The notes below the pieces were generated by a model. That model saw nothing but the letters and a program-made list of their open reading frames with translations. It did no database searches and was not told where the DNA came from. The translations under genes were made by a program, and so were the position numbers. A DNA stretch of 64,000 nucleotides from Oikopleura dioica (lineage: Eukaryota; Animalia; Chordata): the NCBI GenBank assembly GCA_907165135.1, contig OU015569.1, positions 2,108,001 to 2,172,000 on the forward strand. Reading direction: 5' to 3'. This document shows, piece after piece, positions 13,055-26,300 of this stretch (positions within the stretch are counted from its first letter, which is position 1; every line of letters begins with the position of its first letter).

Positions 13055-13850
13055 ATGGGTTCCCAGCAAGAGAAGAGCCAAAAGAGCGCGGAAGAGATTC
13101 CAAACGTACAATTCCAATCTAAGGCAGATTCATCCCAAACTGAGGTAGAATGAATTGTTACATCTTTATATTATCCTTTGATTTAGACAGGTTCTGATGT
13201 CAGAGAGCTCTCCCAAAAGATGGAAGAGCTGTCTTCTCAAGAAAAGCCTGAAGAAGACGATGTTATCTGCCACGATAGCCAGGCTACGAAGGTCACGAAA
13301 AAGCGGCCAATCGATGACAATGAGAAAATACACCCGACAAAGACACCTCACATGGAAATCAAGGAGGAAACCAATAAACGTCCAGAGAAGAAAGCCAAAC
13401 AAGATGATTCCTCTTCTTCTGATGATGAAGGTATGAAAGCGTAAATTCTCTATGTATAGACATTTTTTTGTTTTTTTTTAGGGTCAGATCTTGTCCAGCG
13501 AACTTTCGATGTTTGCGCTTGTATTCTTGACCTTCTTCGCAAGTACGACGTTCCTGATCGTGATCGACATGAAGCAATAAGTTTTATTGAGAAGAGAATC
13601 ATTGAGGTAAGTTTGAGAAGCTAGTAATTTTTAAGTCTATAAAAAGTTAAGCTCGAAAATTTTCTCGAAGATAGAAAAGATCCACGTCCAATACAGCGAC
13701 CTTGCAGAGTGACGGCTATAGATGGTCACAACGCATGCCTATTGGATTTATTAGAGATGCAAGATGAGCTTTTCCAGCTCAGAACGAAATTAACTCGGTC
13801 GTTTCAGGACATCCAAGCTTGCTTATCCATCTATAAAGCCACTCTGACAC
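13055..13850 (+). CDS. Hypothetical spliced gene (acidic/lysine-rich N-terminus, helical C-terminal part)
   Basis: MGSQQEKSQ... exon, then GT-AG introns near 13146-13186 and 13431-13481 that join in frame to [41 protein letters not shown], then a GTAAG donor. The 3' end is unresolved. Confidence 0.5.
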
Positions 13851-14217
13851 AGGTAAAAGCCACTTTCTAACAATTGTAAGCAAGATTGTCTTTCAGCTGC
13901 GGAAATTCAATAAATGATGAAGATCCCTGAAATTTATGCCCGATCTTATTTTTGAAAAATCACTTCCTGCTAAAAGTACACAACAGTAAAATTCACATTA
14001 TCCTGCTTTATAAGTTATAAGTTTCCTGCACAAATAAAAACAAGACAACAAACAAAGACTCAACTGTTTCCTGTTCTGAGTAGTCGTTAACTTTTGTTGA
14101 ACAGAAGACAGTTTTCAAGAGAAGTGAAAGACAAATTGATTTTATTCAGGATTTAGATGCAATTCAAGGCTGCATTCGGATTTCCGAATGCTGAGAGAGT
14201 TGAAGATCACATGCTAC

Positions 14218-14413
14218 CCTCTAAAGGTAACATGTCATCGTCATCCGATACTTCTTTCTCGATGTTGCGACTTGAGTCGCTCTCGTCGCTAGAATTTTCG
14301 TTAAAATCGTCGTGAAATTCACGCATTACCTTTTGTTTTTCGCCGTTCGGACCTTGAAACTCCAAGGTGAAGTGACTTGAATGAGCAGCGAAGCCCTCAC
14401 AACGACAACAATT
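14218..14413 (-). CDS. Possible exon of a small hypothetical gene divergent from UBE2O
   Basis: Open frame NCCRCEGFAAHSSHFTLEFQGPNGEKQKVMREFHDDFNENSSDESD... between a tttctctag acceptor and a GT donor. No family recognised. Confidence 0.28.
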
Positions 14414-14848
14414 CTAGAGAAATTGTGGAGTATATCGTCTCTTGAAAACAACCGCTTCTGTAGCGAATTCTATGTTACGTCATAATTGCGTAAGAAAATG
14501 ATCGCTTTCCGCTGCATTTTCAGCTGGAATTAATTAAAACACCTATTTTAAATGTCAGCTAATCACAAGAGAAGAATTAGGCAATTTCGGAAATCATAGA
14601 GGAGCGCTGTTGACTCCGCGCTTCTGATTGGCTGGCGCGGCCGTTGACGAGAAAAGTCCTCCCTCGAGTTTTTCATCCAGAGGATGAGAATAGCTTTCCA
14701 ACCCAATTAGTATCGATTTTCTGTTCTTTTTCGTCTTGCCCTTTGAACTTGTACCCCGTGATCTTTCGAGAACTATCCTTTATTTTTCTCCACTGTCTTC
14801 AAAAAACTTCTTTCAGAGAGGGCAAATTATGAAATAAAGAAAATAATA

Positions 14849-17800
14849 ATGACAGAAACGAAGAATCACGAAGATCAAGAAGTCTTCCAAGGCGATATTG
14901 TCTCGTTCACCGACGGTAATTTCGTTAAAAGCGATTTTGAAAAGCTAATTTATGAATTCAGAAAATGGCAAAATCGTCCGCGGCGTGGTCGAAGTCTCCG
15001 GCCTCGATTCAGAAAGCGACATCCTCGAGAGCATGGAAAACGCCGAGCTTCCGAAAGACATGGTGAAGATCTTCACCTACCCTACTCACGAGCTCGTCGA
15101 CAAAGAGATGAAAGACGTAAAGCTGCTCGATCGATCGCTCATGGTCGGCGACACTGTCAGACGAGGCAAGAGTGGCGAAATCGGCACTGTAGTCGCCCTC
15201 GAGATCGAAAGTGACGTGAGAGTTCTGGATACGAACATGGGAATGAAGAAAATTTCATCCAAAAGGTTTATTGAATCTATTTTCGATCCACTAACGAGTT
15301 TGAAAATAGATTTGAACCGTTCGTTCGCTTGAACGAAGGAGATAAAGTGGCTCACAATGGATGGATCGGACAGATTCGAGAGCTCGAAGAAGATAAAATA
15401 GGGTTGACGACGACGCACGGACGATTAGATTTGGAGGACGATGGTCAAATTAATCCAGACTTTCGCTTGCTTTCATCGAGAGGCGTTTATGAGCCAATTG
15501 CGGATTGGAGAAGGAACGAAGAAGATTCTAGTGTTTATCTTAATCAACAGGAAAGGCTTATTAATAACGACTAACATTTCCGAAAGGATGTGATTTATTT
15601 ATGTTTGTATCTTTTGAGCCAATAATCAGCTCCATGGCGCCTACTCAAAAAAGGGAGACGATGCATTCGCGGTTGTGACCGATGTAGGCAACGGTGATGC
15701 TGAAGTCAACTGGGTTGCGTATGGACACAACGAGCAAGCGGAAATGCCGAAAAACGAGTGGTACTCTTCTGAGCTGTGGCAGTTACAAGCTCCGTGGCTC
15801 GAGGAAAATATTGCAAACACAGAGGGACAAGGAATCACGCTCGGGGCCCGTTACAAGATAAAATTAACAGACGAAGAAGCGAAGAGTCTCAACTTCTTGA
15901 GAAACAACCCAGAAGCTAAAGAATTCAACGGTTCCAAAGATGTTCAAGTTTGGCAGTCGCCTGAGCCGCTGCAGACAGAGAAAGAAGTAGAGATCTCTTT
16001 CAATGATGTAATTGAACTGCTGTGGAAGATTACCGACCAGACAGAAGACGAGACTGCGCCCTGGATAAAAATCGACTTCGGCAAATATTCGGTGATCACA
16101 TACGAAGGCGAATCAATCTGCAAATATGACTCAAAGAGGGGAGAACGCGTTGCCGAACACATCAGCTGCTTGTTTGAACCGATTATCTTTGGAAAGGTCG
16201 ACAAGGAAGGTACGAAGCAGGAAGTGGCGCGGCGGACCGAGCAAGTTTTCGCAGAAGTTGGAAAGATACTCGGGAAGCAGTTTGAGCCAGACAAGTTGAA
16301 GATACACATGAGTCAGTTCACGATGGAGTCAGCGGGCGAAGGAAAGTGGAGAAAGTTCAGAACGATCATTAAAGAAGATCCAAATCTGAAAGCAGCTCTG
16401 CGCGGCCAGGGCCACTCAAAGTACGAGTTCAAAAAAGAAAACTGCATTTCCGTCGAAGTCACCGACTATTTCGCCAAGTGCAAAGTTATGTGGCAATCTG
16501 GCGAGACTGGAGAATATCATTCCACACAACTCTTCCCTGCACTTCATATAAATGATCACGATTTCTGTCCAAGTAAGTTAAATTGTTACTCTTTTTGCTA
16601 ATCAAATGTTAGCCGATTTCGTCGTTCGTGAAATACGCGAAAATCTTGAGGAGTGGGGAAACGTCATTTCTGTCGATTTCGTCGAGAAACAACTCGTCGT
16701 TCAGTGGCATATCGACGATCAAGAGAAAGAACGAGAAACAGTCTCCGTTTTCGATGTGGTGGACCACCCCGATTATAAATTCCGCCTAGGAGAGCTTGTA
16801 GTTGGCACGGGCACTTCTGACAGTAATCCTGCCGGTGTCGGAATGGTGCAAAACATCTTGCCTTCCGGAAAACTTGAGATCTTGTGGGCGGACAGGACAG
16901 AGTCTCTTGTTTTGCCGACGCATCTGATCTCAGAATATGTACTCTTTGGTGATGGCTATGATCACGATGATGACATTGACCCAGAAGACTATGCCGAACT
17001 AACTGGTTAGAAATTATCAGAATTTTCGATCCTGATGTTATTTTAAGATGGCGAAGGAGATGATTGTGATAGCTCGGATGGCAGTTGGGAATCAGAAGAC
17101 AGCGATGTCGCAATGGACGAGGAGAGAAAACTTGAATTGGACGAAGAGCTCAAAGGCTTCATCAACGCCTCGGCAGGTCCATCTGAAGCGAAAAAAATCA
17201 AGTCAGAGGAGGATTTGGAAGCTCGCGTACTCGCTTATGTCTACGCCAACGGAACAGGTTCGGGAACCGTTATTTTTTAATCAAATTTGAATTTATTCTA
17301 AGAGGAAAGTTGTCTTGAAAAAATTGACAAGCTGGAAGACATAGACGAGGAGCTGAAACGAATAAAACAAGCAAAGAAGGAAGTCAAAGCTGAAATGGCG
17401 GCTGAAAACCAAAGATTGGAAGAGAAAGCAAATGAAATGATTGCGGAAATTACCGAGCCGGCTAGTAACGATGTGCCTCTTGATGAGCTTGGTGAAGGAA
17501 CGGATTAACATGAACAGGTTTTTATCGCCTAAGAAACGTCTCATAAGTCCGTCAAAAGTACACTATTTTGAACTTCCGAGTCCAACTCACGCTTACTACA
17601 AAATCAAAACCGAACATCCCAAGGCTTGGTTCATCATTTTGTAAAGCAGAACTCTTAAATTGGATGAAAATGAGTAACCAACAAAAAAGTCATTTTTGAA
17701 AATCTACAACGCCGAAATAAAGCGGCTACAGACCTCGCTCCCGAAAGGAATTCACTTGTGGACCTATGAAAGTCGCCTTGATTTGTTTTCTTTTGCCATC

Positions 17801-18660
17801 GAAGGTATTAACGATTGCAAAACGAAATATCCTTACAGTCTTTTAATAGGGCCGGCTGGAACTCCTTACGAGTACTGTCTCTTCTGTTTCGACATCTGTC
17901 TTCCAGAAGGCTATCCGCTTACATCTCCCCCCAAGGTCCACTACAAATCCGCCATCAAGCAAAAGTATGATCCCCTATAATTTTGATTCGACTTGAGATT
18001 TTTTTCAGAATCAATCCAAATCTTTACGATACTGGAAATGTTTGTCTATCACTACTTGGAACATGGGCGGCGAAAAGAGACTCTGAAGACTGGAATTATC
18101 ATTCAAATCTTTTGCAGTTGTTGGTATCGCTTCAAGGTAAATTTGAAAGATCTCTCCACAAGTTGAACTTATAAATTTAGGTCTAACACTCAACTCCGAA
18201 CCTTACTACAACGAAGCTGGCTACGATCGCCAAAAAGACACTGAATCTGGCATGGAGAACGCCAAAAGTTACAACGAGTTTATCACAGTGAAGCTCTGCG
18301 ACCACGTGATCTCAACTATAAGGTAAAGAATTGGAGGAAACCGCAGTGAGTAACATCAATGCTAGAAACCCGGGAGAGCCGTTTGAACAGCTCGTGAAAG
18401 ACTTCTATTTCGGCTCCGAGCTTAGCGAAAAAGAGGGCATCTTGGGCAAGTTTATGGAAAAGGTGGAAAACTTAACAACCGAAAGCCCAGACGATCTACC
18501 TTATCCGCTGCTTCCTATCTCAAAAGGCTGTAAATCCGCACTATCAGGTTCTATTTTCTATTGATATTTATTTTTGCTAACCGCCTGCGTAGTGAAACTG
18601 GAAAAGCTGAAAGAAATCAAATCCGAAAACGGAGAAAAGTTCACCTCTCCCCTTGTCTAG
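14849..18660 (+). CDS. UBE2O: E2/E3 hybrid ubiquitin-conjugating enzyme UBE2O, multi-exon
   Basis: N-terminal conserved region ([14 protein letters not shown]) and a C-terminal UBC domain ([64 protein letters not shown]). The last exon ends ...KFTSPLV* at 18660. Confidence 0.92.
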
Positions 18661-18810
18661 TCCTATCAAATTTTATCCATCACTCATTATTTTTCAACTG
18701 CCTCAATTACTTCAACGGAAAAAGTTCAACTTCAAGAGTCTTAAGCCTAGTCACTGAAATAAACGACAAAAATAATATGTTTTTCGAAACTGTTTCTTCG
18801 CCTCACTTCC

Positions 18811-18819
18811 CCCTTTCAG
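18811..18819 (+). promoter_or_regulatory. Putative trans-splice acceptor for MSH6
   Basis: ccctttcag lies 15 nt upstream of the MSH6 ATG, in a 174-nt gap after the UBE2O stop. No upstream donor belonging to MSH6 is evident. SL trans-splicing and operons are established for Oikopleura. Confidence 0.5.
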
Positions 18820-18834
18820 AACGAATGTAACTTG

Positions 18835-21800
18835 ATGAGCGGGAAACAGCAAAAATCCATCTTGTCGTTTTTCAACAAGACTCCTAATGCCAAGTCCAGC
18901 GGAGGGGTTACACCTTCAAAATCAAAGCCGCCAAAGACCAGCGTCGGGTCATCAGAAAAGAAGAAGAAATCGTAAGTTCTTCCACTGTAAGTCTTCTCTC
19001 AACCAATTCCTAGTCCTTCGTTGAAAGAAAATAGAAATGATCCGGTCGCGAAGAAGCTTGATCTCGGAGCCTCAGGCTCAAAGTCCAAGAAAGCTCGGAT
19101 TGACGATGAAGAGTCGGAAGAAGAACTGAAGATACCGCCCCGAAGAAGTACTGGAAAGCGACGACGAGCAATAATTGAATCTGACAGTGATGACGATAAG
19201 GAAAGCGGCTTATGATTTATTTTAGACATTGCGTAATTCTCGATTATCTCATTTTTTGAAATTCATTACAAGCCCGACTGTAGGGTCCAGAAAAGAAACA
19301 GAAAAGCTCCCGGAAGCGAAAGGAATCCGAGGATGACGATTTCAAACCCCCAGGAGATGCCGAGGAATCATCGGATGATGCAATGGATGTTTCCATCGCT
19401 GAAAGCGAAGACGAGACGATGTCTGAGCCAGAAGAATCTCCAAAGAAGAAGAAAAAACCCGTTGCACGGGCCAAGAGTACTGCTGCTCCAAGAAAGCGAA
19501 ATGTCAACACGACGATGAACGATATGAGCGTCTTTGCTGCGGACAATGACGAAGACGGCGAAGGCTCATCCGAAGTTGTATGGGCGCATGAAGAGCTAGA
19601 GTGGCTCAAACCCGAAAACATCAAGGACGCGAAGGGACGAAAGTACGATGACGTTAACTACGATCCAACTACACTGCATATCCCCGATGCCTACATCAAA
19701 TCGTTGACTCCAGGCATGGGAAATTGGTGGAAAATCAAGTCCCGCAACTATGACGTAGTTATATTTTACAAGGTCGGCAAGTTCTACGAGCTTTATCATA
19801 TGGATGCAATCATTGGTGTTCAAAACTGCGGCATCACCTTTATGAAAGGAAAGTTCGCCCATGCTGGCTTCCCCGAAATGCGATTCGATCATTTTGCTTC
19901 AATGCTCGTGACGAAGGGATTCAAAGTCGCCCGAGTCGAGCAAACTGAAACTCAGGATAACAACAAGGCCCGAGTCAAAGAGTCCAAAGACTGGAAGGGC
20001 GTCTCTAAGAAACTTGACAAATTCGAGAAGCAGACACGACGAGAAGTCTGCAACATCGTCACACCAGGAACACGAATGGCCGCCTTCAATACCCATGACG
20101 ATCTCGGCCACAAAGAAGGCCTCTTCGCTTCTATCTTCGAAGCAGATAAGACTATTGGTGTTGCCTTGGTAGACACTTCCACGAGTGAGTTGATCGTTGG
20201 CCAGTTTGGCGACGACACTTTCTACTCAAACCTTCGGACTCTTCTCAGCCAGCGTCATATTTCCCAGTTGATGAAGCAGAAAAAAGCCTGCCTTTCACCA
20301 AATCTCTTCCAGGTGCTTTCGGCCACGAGCAAGGGAATTTGCTACGATGATCTCCCCGACAAGAGTTTCTTAGAGCTTGATAAAACGAAGAAGATCATTC
20401 GAGAGATCGAAACTGAAAAAATCAAAATGGATACGCTATTGGAAATCTGCGACGCGAATCCTGTTGGTGCGCAAGCTCTTGGAGCTTTGCTCACACAGCT
20501 CAAGCGATATGAAATTATCCATGAAGTGCTCCGAACAAGTTCCTTTGTGCAATACGAAACGGCGGAAAGGCTGACGAAGAAGGTTGTGACTCAGCAGCGG
20601 ATGGTTATGGACGCTGCCACCTTGATCAACCTTGGAGTGACGCAGGGCGATGATCTAGGATCGACAAATGCCCCCGAAATCCGGATCGGGTTTTCGTCGG
20701 ATTTTCTCGAAGTCTGATTTTTCCGATCGGGTTTTTGTCGGGTTTTCGTCGGGTTTTTATCGGATTTTCGTAGGGTATTTTTCGGGTTTTTGTAGGGTAT
20801 TTTTCGGGTTTTTGTCGGGTTTTTGTCGGGTCTTTGTCGGGTTCTTGTCGAGTTGTCACAACACTGAAGTTGAATCAAGTAAGATGAATCCAAATGGGGG
20901 AAAATAGACATAATTTTTGGCTAACAGAATTTCGGGTACTGTCTTTAATCAAACTGATGAGTAGATCCGAAGAGAAACCCGACGAAAATACCCTACAAAA
21001 ATCCGATAAATGACCCTATAAAAACCCGATTTTGTAGGGTCGCCAAAATTTCAGCGTCGGGTTTTTGTAGGGTCGGCAGAATCCAACAAAAACCCGAGAA
21101 AAACGTCGGTTTTCGATCGGATGTCGGGTGGGACTTGTCGATCCTAGGCGATGATGGATCAGAAAGAGGGTCCTTGCTGCGCAAGCTGGACACGTGCTGC
21201 TCTCCTGGAGGAAAGAGAAAACTTTGGGAGACAGTCATTTCTCCTCCTGCAAACGCAGATGTCATTCGACATCGTCAAGGTACGACAGATATAACTAGAA
21301 ATCCCATATTCATAATTTCTTTCTGCCTAGAATGCATTAAAGCGCTGATGGAGGACAAGGACTTTTGCAAAGATGCCAGAAAGCTGATTTCTGGTCTGCC
21401 GGATCTTGCCCGTCTCATCAGCCGCTTTGGGAACTTGAGCTTTGGAATTCGGCCATCCGATCACCCCGATAAGCGCGCAGTCATGTACGAGGAGATTCTT
21501 TACAACCGCCAGAAGACTCGAACTTTTTGCAAAGTCCTCTCTGGTTTTCGCTCAATTGATTCCTGGATAAAGAAAGTATCGGAAACCAAGTACGATCTAG
21601 CTAAAATCCTGCAGCTTGTTGATAACAAGAGCATTGTGATTGACGATCTCCTGGAGACTTGGAAAAAGACGTTTGACATGGAGAAGGCCAAGCGAGATGA
21701 AAAACTCACTCCAAAAGAAGGAGCGAACCCTCCTTTTGACGATGCCGTCAAGGAAATCAAACGGATCGAAGGTGAAGCCGAGGCTTTCCGCTCAGAAGTC

Positions 21801-23066
21801 GCCGATAATTACGGTCATGCCAAATTGCTCAAATCTGGAAAGCTGTATTTCGTCATTCAAGTCCGCGATACAGTGAAGCCCCCTCATGAATGGACCTCCA
21901 TCGGACTCAGCAAGGGATTCAAGAAATACCAAGCGCCAGAGTTGGATGAGCTCAACAAAGAAATGGACCGCCAAGTCAACTTGAAAGACATAGCCTTGAG
22001 TGAAGCTTCTTCAATGATTTTTGGCAGATTTTACGAAAGTGCTCCCCGATGGCTAGCGATCGTCAAAATAATTGATGAGTTGGATGCCCTCATCTCACTC
22101 GCAAACTATGGAAATTCCATCGAGGAGCGATGCTTCCCAGAGATTCTTGATGATGGCGAAGTTCTTAGGTAACTATTGCGTTTTACTAACCACTTATTAA
22201 TTTGAATACTTCAGCTTCACTCAAGGAAAGCATCCCACTGTTGACCTCGCCAATTTTATTCCAAACGATGTTGACTTGGAAGACGGTGGGAAATGCATCC
22301 TCCTAACCGGTCCAAACATGGGCGGTAAGTCTACAATTCTGCGACAAATTGGTCTTCTCGCTATTCTCGCGCATTATGGATGCCCTGTTCCTGCCGAAAG
22401 CATGCAGATCTCGCCCATTGATCGCATCTTTACCCGACTCGGAGCCTCTGATCGCCTCCTTGCTGGTATGACTTTTCAACTGAAAATATCAATCACCGTT
22501 TATTATTCTAGGCGAGTCCACATTTATGGTGGAGATGGCGGAGACCAGCTCAATCCTGAAGAGCAGCACCAAGCAATCTCTTCTTTTGCTCGACGAGCTC
22601 GGTCGAGGAACCGCCACCCACGATGGGTCTTCAATCGCTCAAGCCGTTCTAGAAAACCTCTCTTCCAGAAAGGTCCGAACAATTTTCTCCACTCACTACC
22701 ACACCCTCTGCCTCATGCTCCCCGCTGGTTGTGTTTCTAAACACATGAGCTGCCACGTAGAAAAGGTAATTCCAAACCGACTTATTGTCGACAGAAAGCT
22801 GACACATATTTTAGGACGAAGAAACTGGCTTGGAGAAAGTCACGTTTCTGTACACTCTATGTGACGGCCATGCTTCGCGCTCTCATGGATTCCACGCTGC
22901 TAGAAGCGCCGGAATACCCGATCAAGTCGTCCTCGCCGCCCAAAGAGCTGCCAAAGATCTTCAAAAGTTGCACAATGGACTTCAATACATCAACCATTTC
23001 AAACGGCAGCGATTTGAGAAGGCGCAGCACTTCAAGTTCATCGAATGCGATGACCAGATGGTATAG
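18835..23066 (+). CDS. MSH6: DNA mismatch repair protein MSH6 (MutS alpha subunit), multi-exon
   Basis: PIP box QKSILSFF, mismatch-binding motif [11 protein letters not shown], Walker [19 protein letters not shown], Walker [11 protein letters not shown] and FSTHYH. It includes a GA-AG intron at 19201-19283 and the MITE-derived intron at 20647-21147. A further short 3' exon to about 23148 is possible. Confidence 0.97.
20655..21147. mobile_element. 493-bp MITE inserted in an MSH6 exon (candidate introner)
   Basis: 13-bp perfect TIR CTAGGATCGACAA / TTGTCGATCCTAG. TSD GCGATGAT at 20647-20654 and 21148-21155 (9 bp if the last TIR G is counted). Many TCGGGTTTT / AAACCCGA subterminal repeats. Confidence 0.93.
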
Positions 23067-23371
23067 ATTACCTATCAGCATTTTGTAGGCTCCTGACAAG
23101 TTCATTTATCAACTGCCAAGAAATTTTACGAATAAAGCCTATTGAAAAACCAAAGATCAGTAAATGCTGTTAACAGGCAACTCACCCACGCGTTATCGTT
23201 CTTATTTCGTTGATCTTGCATTTATTGTAACTGATAATATTTGCCCAAAGACTTTGAATCATCAAGAACGAGCCAAAGTCAGAACTTTTCCATTCGCCAA
23301 AAATTCGATTGGACTAAGGCAAAACTTTTATCGCCTGTAGAGAATCTCTAGATGTTATATTTTTTTAAAAG

Positions 23372-23383
23372 TTTTTTATTCAG
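23372..23383 (+). promoter_or_regulatory. Putative trans-splice acceptor for DCAF1
   Basis: ttttttattcag ends 13 nt upstream of the ATG at 23397, about 330 nt after the MSH6 stop on the same strand. Confidence 0.45.
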
Positions 23384-23396
23384 ATTATGATCAGAC

Positions 23397-26300
23397 ATGA
23401 CTGAATCGTTAATCCAGCTCAGATTTGGGACTCGAGGGGAACCACCTAAAAGTGCCATCAGCAACCCGCGCAAAACTGTTGATGATTTCGTTGAAGAGTT
23501 TCGGCGAGCAAAAGAAATCGTCGCGGTCAAAGAGCGCGAATCCAAATTCTTGACCGGTATCAACAAGGTAAGCCATCTTTTTGATTGAATGCGGTTATTC
23601 TCGGTGTAGTTCTCTGAAGTATTCGAAGTCGCAGAGGACGAGTATTTGTCTAACCATCCAGATCCGTTCGATGAACGCGCTCCGTTTTCAATTGTGCCTG
23701 ACTGTTCCCTTGGAAAACTACAGAAAAACCTTTCAGAGTATCCAGGCTTGTTTTGAAACTCGTAAATCTCCTCAATGAGAAACTCGTTTCAAAGCTAAAA
23801 TCAGAATTTCTCGATGAAGTTATCGAAGACTGCATTTTGCGCGCGACATGCAAAGACCTCCAAAAAGCAACATGTCGACTTCTTTTGCTGACGCTGCCCG
23901 GATTCGAAGCAGCGGCGACTTTTTCATCGTTTGGAGATCGACTTATCCCCAAACTTCACAGCTGGGCAGAGCTTCCGCTTTCAAATCCGCTATCTGGATA
24001 CGCTGCGGGTTTTCTTGGCCATGCGATGGAGTCCAGCGATCTTGTGTCCGACTATCGGACCATCAATCAACGACTCGTCCCAGTCGTAATTAGACGACTT
24101 CAAGAAGCAGTGGAGAACCTCCGGCCACGGCCATTTCCCCACTCATCTTCGCCCCCATCCAAAAGAATGCGACATTCCACCTTAGAAATCTACGACGACA
24201 GTGATTCCCGCGGCTCTTTCACATCAGAAGCTGACCTGAGACAAGAACACAAGCTTCATCCTCTAGGAAATCCTCGGAAAATCGTCCTCTACTTGCAGTA
24301 CTTGACGCCCATGGGTGAGTACTTTGACCAACTTCCGTCATTTATGGAACACGACGCACTTGGAACGGTACTGGACCTTCTGGACATTGGAGATAACATC
24401 ATGAAACTAGAAACGTTGAAACTACTCTCATCGATGCTCTGCCATAATAAGGTAGCGCTGGACTTTGTCAATCGAAGCGGGTTGGAGCGACTAACAAGCG
24501 TGAGCAAAAGCTCAAGAGCTGGTGCAGCAGTTGCTGTTTGTCTGTATTACCTCGCATACAACGGGGACGTGATGGAGCGATTTTTTCAGATAAGCCGCGA
24601 AAAGATGAGGGGCGTAATCAGTTACGCTTTGGATCTGATCGAAGTAAAGCATGATTCCGCCCGAGTACACTCAATAATGTTCTTCACGTATATTCTTCTC
24701 AACCCGAAAAACCGGGTGATGCTCCAGATCTTCGACGAAAAAGACGGTGTCCGGCGAATATTCAACGTGATCTCGACCATGTCAGTTCTCCAAAACGGCG
24801 ACATTGAAGACCAAGAAAGTCATGCTGAGAAAACGAGCTGCAAGATGGCATCTGTTTGTTTAAAACGATATATCGAGAGGAATATCGTCTTGAAGGCTGA
24901 AGCTTTGGGAATAAATACTGCTCTTTACCAACTAGAATCGAACACTCAGTCAACCGGCAAGAAAATGTCCCTCTACGATCTCGCAGAGAAGATAAACAAT
25001 TATGGGACTGGCTGCTTTCTATCAAAGATGGGCTTCTTGCGAAAGTTCATACATATGAAATGCATCCGAACGCTCCTTCGTCTTGCTTTACGATGTGCGG
25101 ATTGGACGGGCTTCACTGGGCGCATAGAAACGATCCGTGCCTTGATTGACATCGTGGCCATTTGTTCGTTGTCTTTTGAGGCGATCATGCAGCTTTGCGA
25201 ACCCATTGTGTCTGAGGATTTCTTTGAGAGTGCCATACAATTCAGAACACAGGCTCCCCCGGCGGACTTAGATAGTAGGCATCCGTCTGACGACCACCGC
25301 AACTGTGGCCTCAGTCTCCTTTTGCTTATGGTTGAAGATAATAGTGAGGATGGTCACTTCTTCAGTGAAGAGTATTTTACCATCTATCGCCGTTGTATAA
25401 TTTTTCCTTGTAGCATTCGCGCCTCTGCTCTAGACATTCTGAAATCAGCCTGTTACGTTTCACCGCGGCGAAAAGCCAGCGAAGTTGTATTTGGTGTTCT
25501 CCAGAAAAACCACGGCATTCAAATTCTCATTAATCTCATGGACAATCCAGCGTTACGGTATGAACATGATAAAGACCTTGATAAACAATATTTTTTAGCA
25601 TTGGGGCGACAATAGCCCTAGCAGGAATCGCCCGCCTTGATCACGTGAAACAAATTGTCAGAAAAGTGCTCCAGCCAAAACACATCGTGCGACAGTTTTT
25701 CCTTGGCGATTCTTCGAATCTTGAAGACTTCCAACGAGCACTGAATCATCTCTCAGATATTTCTGGAATGCCTAAGTACAGTTCTGAAACTTGGGATATC
25801 GAAAAAATAACGAGGCGAAATGAGATCCTGAAGAATACAAAGATTCTTGTCGACCAAAAGGAGATCTTGCAATTAGTAGAGGCTCATCTACGTGAGGCTG
25901 GACTGCCGCAAACAGCGGAAATGCTCAGAAACGAGGCTGGAATATCATCGATGAATTACAAGTCCGCCTTCAAAACTCCGCGCCAACGAACCAGTTCCTT
26001 CGATGAAAATGCGCTTCCAACTCCACGATGTACTGCTCTCAGTGAAATTTCGACAAACGTTTCTCCCCAGAAACCGACTCAACCTAAAATACGATTTTCA
26101 AATGCCAGCAGATCACAGAATTCATTAACGTTCTCAAAGACCGTGTTGCCTCCGAATGTTCCTGCTAAACAAGAAGAATCAGAGGAGCCCGAAATCCTCT
26201 TTAGCCTCACAGATGCCGTTCGATCATACTTCCGCGAACAGTGGCATGCAAAATGTAAAAACCCAATATCGTCTTGCCCAAGATTCTCAATCTATAAACA

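Noticed and set aside
12437-13153. 238-aa ORF as a real protein
   Set aside because: It runs out of frame through the AMT fragment and only its end coincides with the first exon of the 13055 gene.
20591-21265. Repetitive ORFs (TRQKPDKNP..., GFSSGF...)
   Set aside because: These are translations of MITE subterminal repeats.
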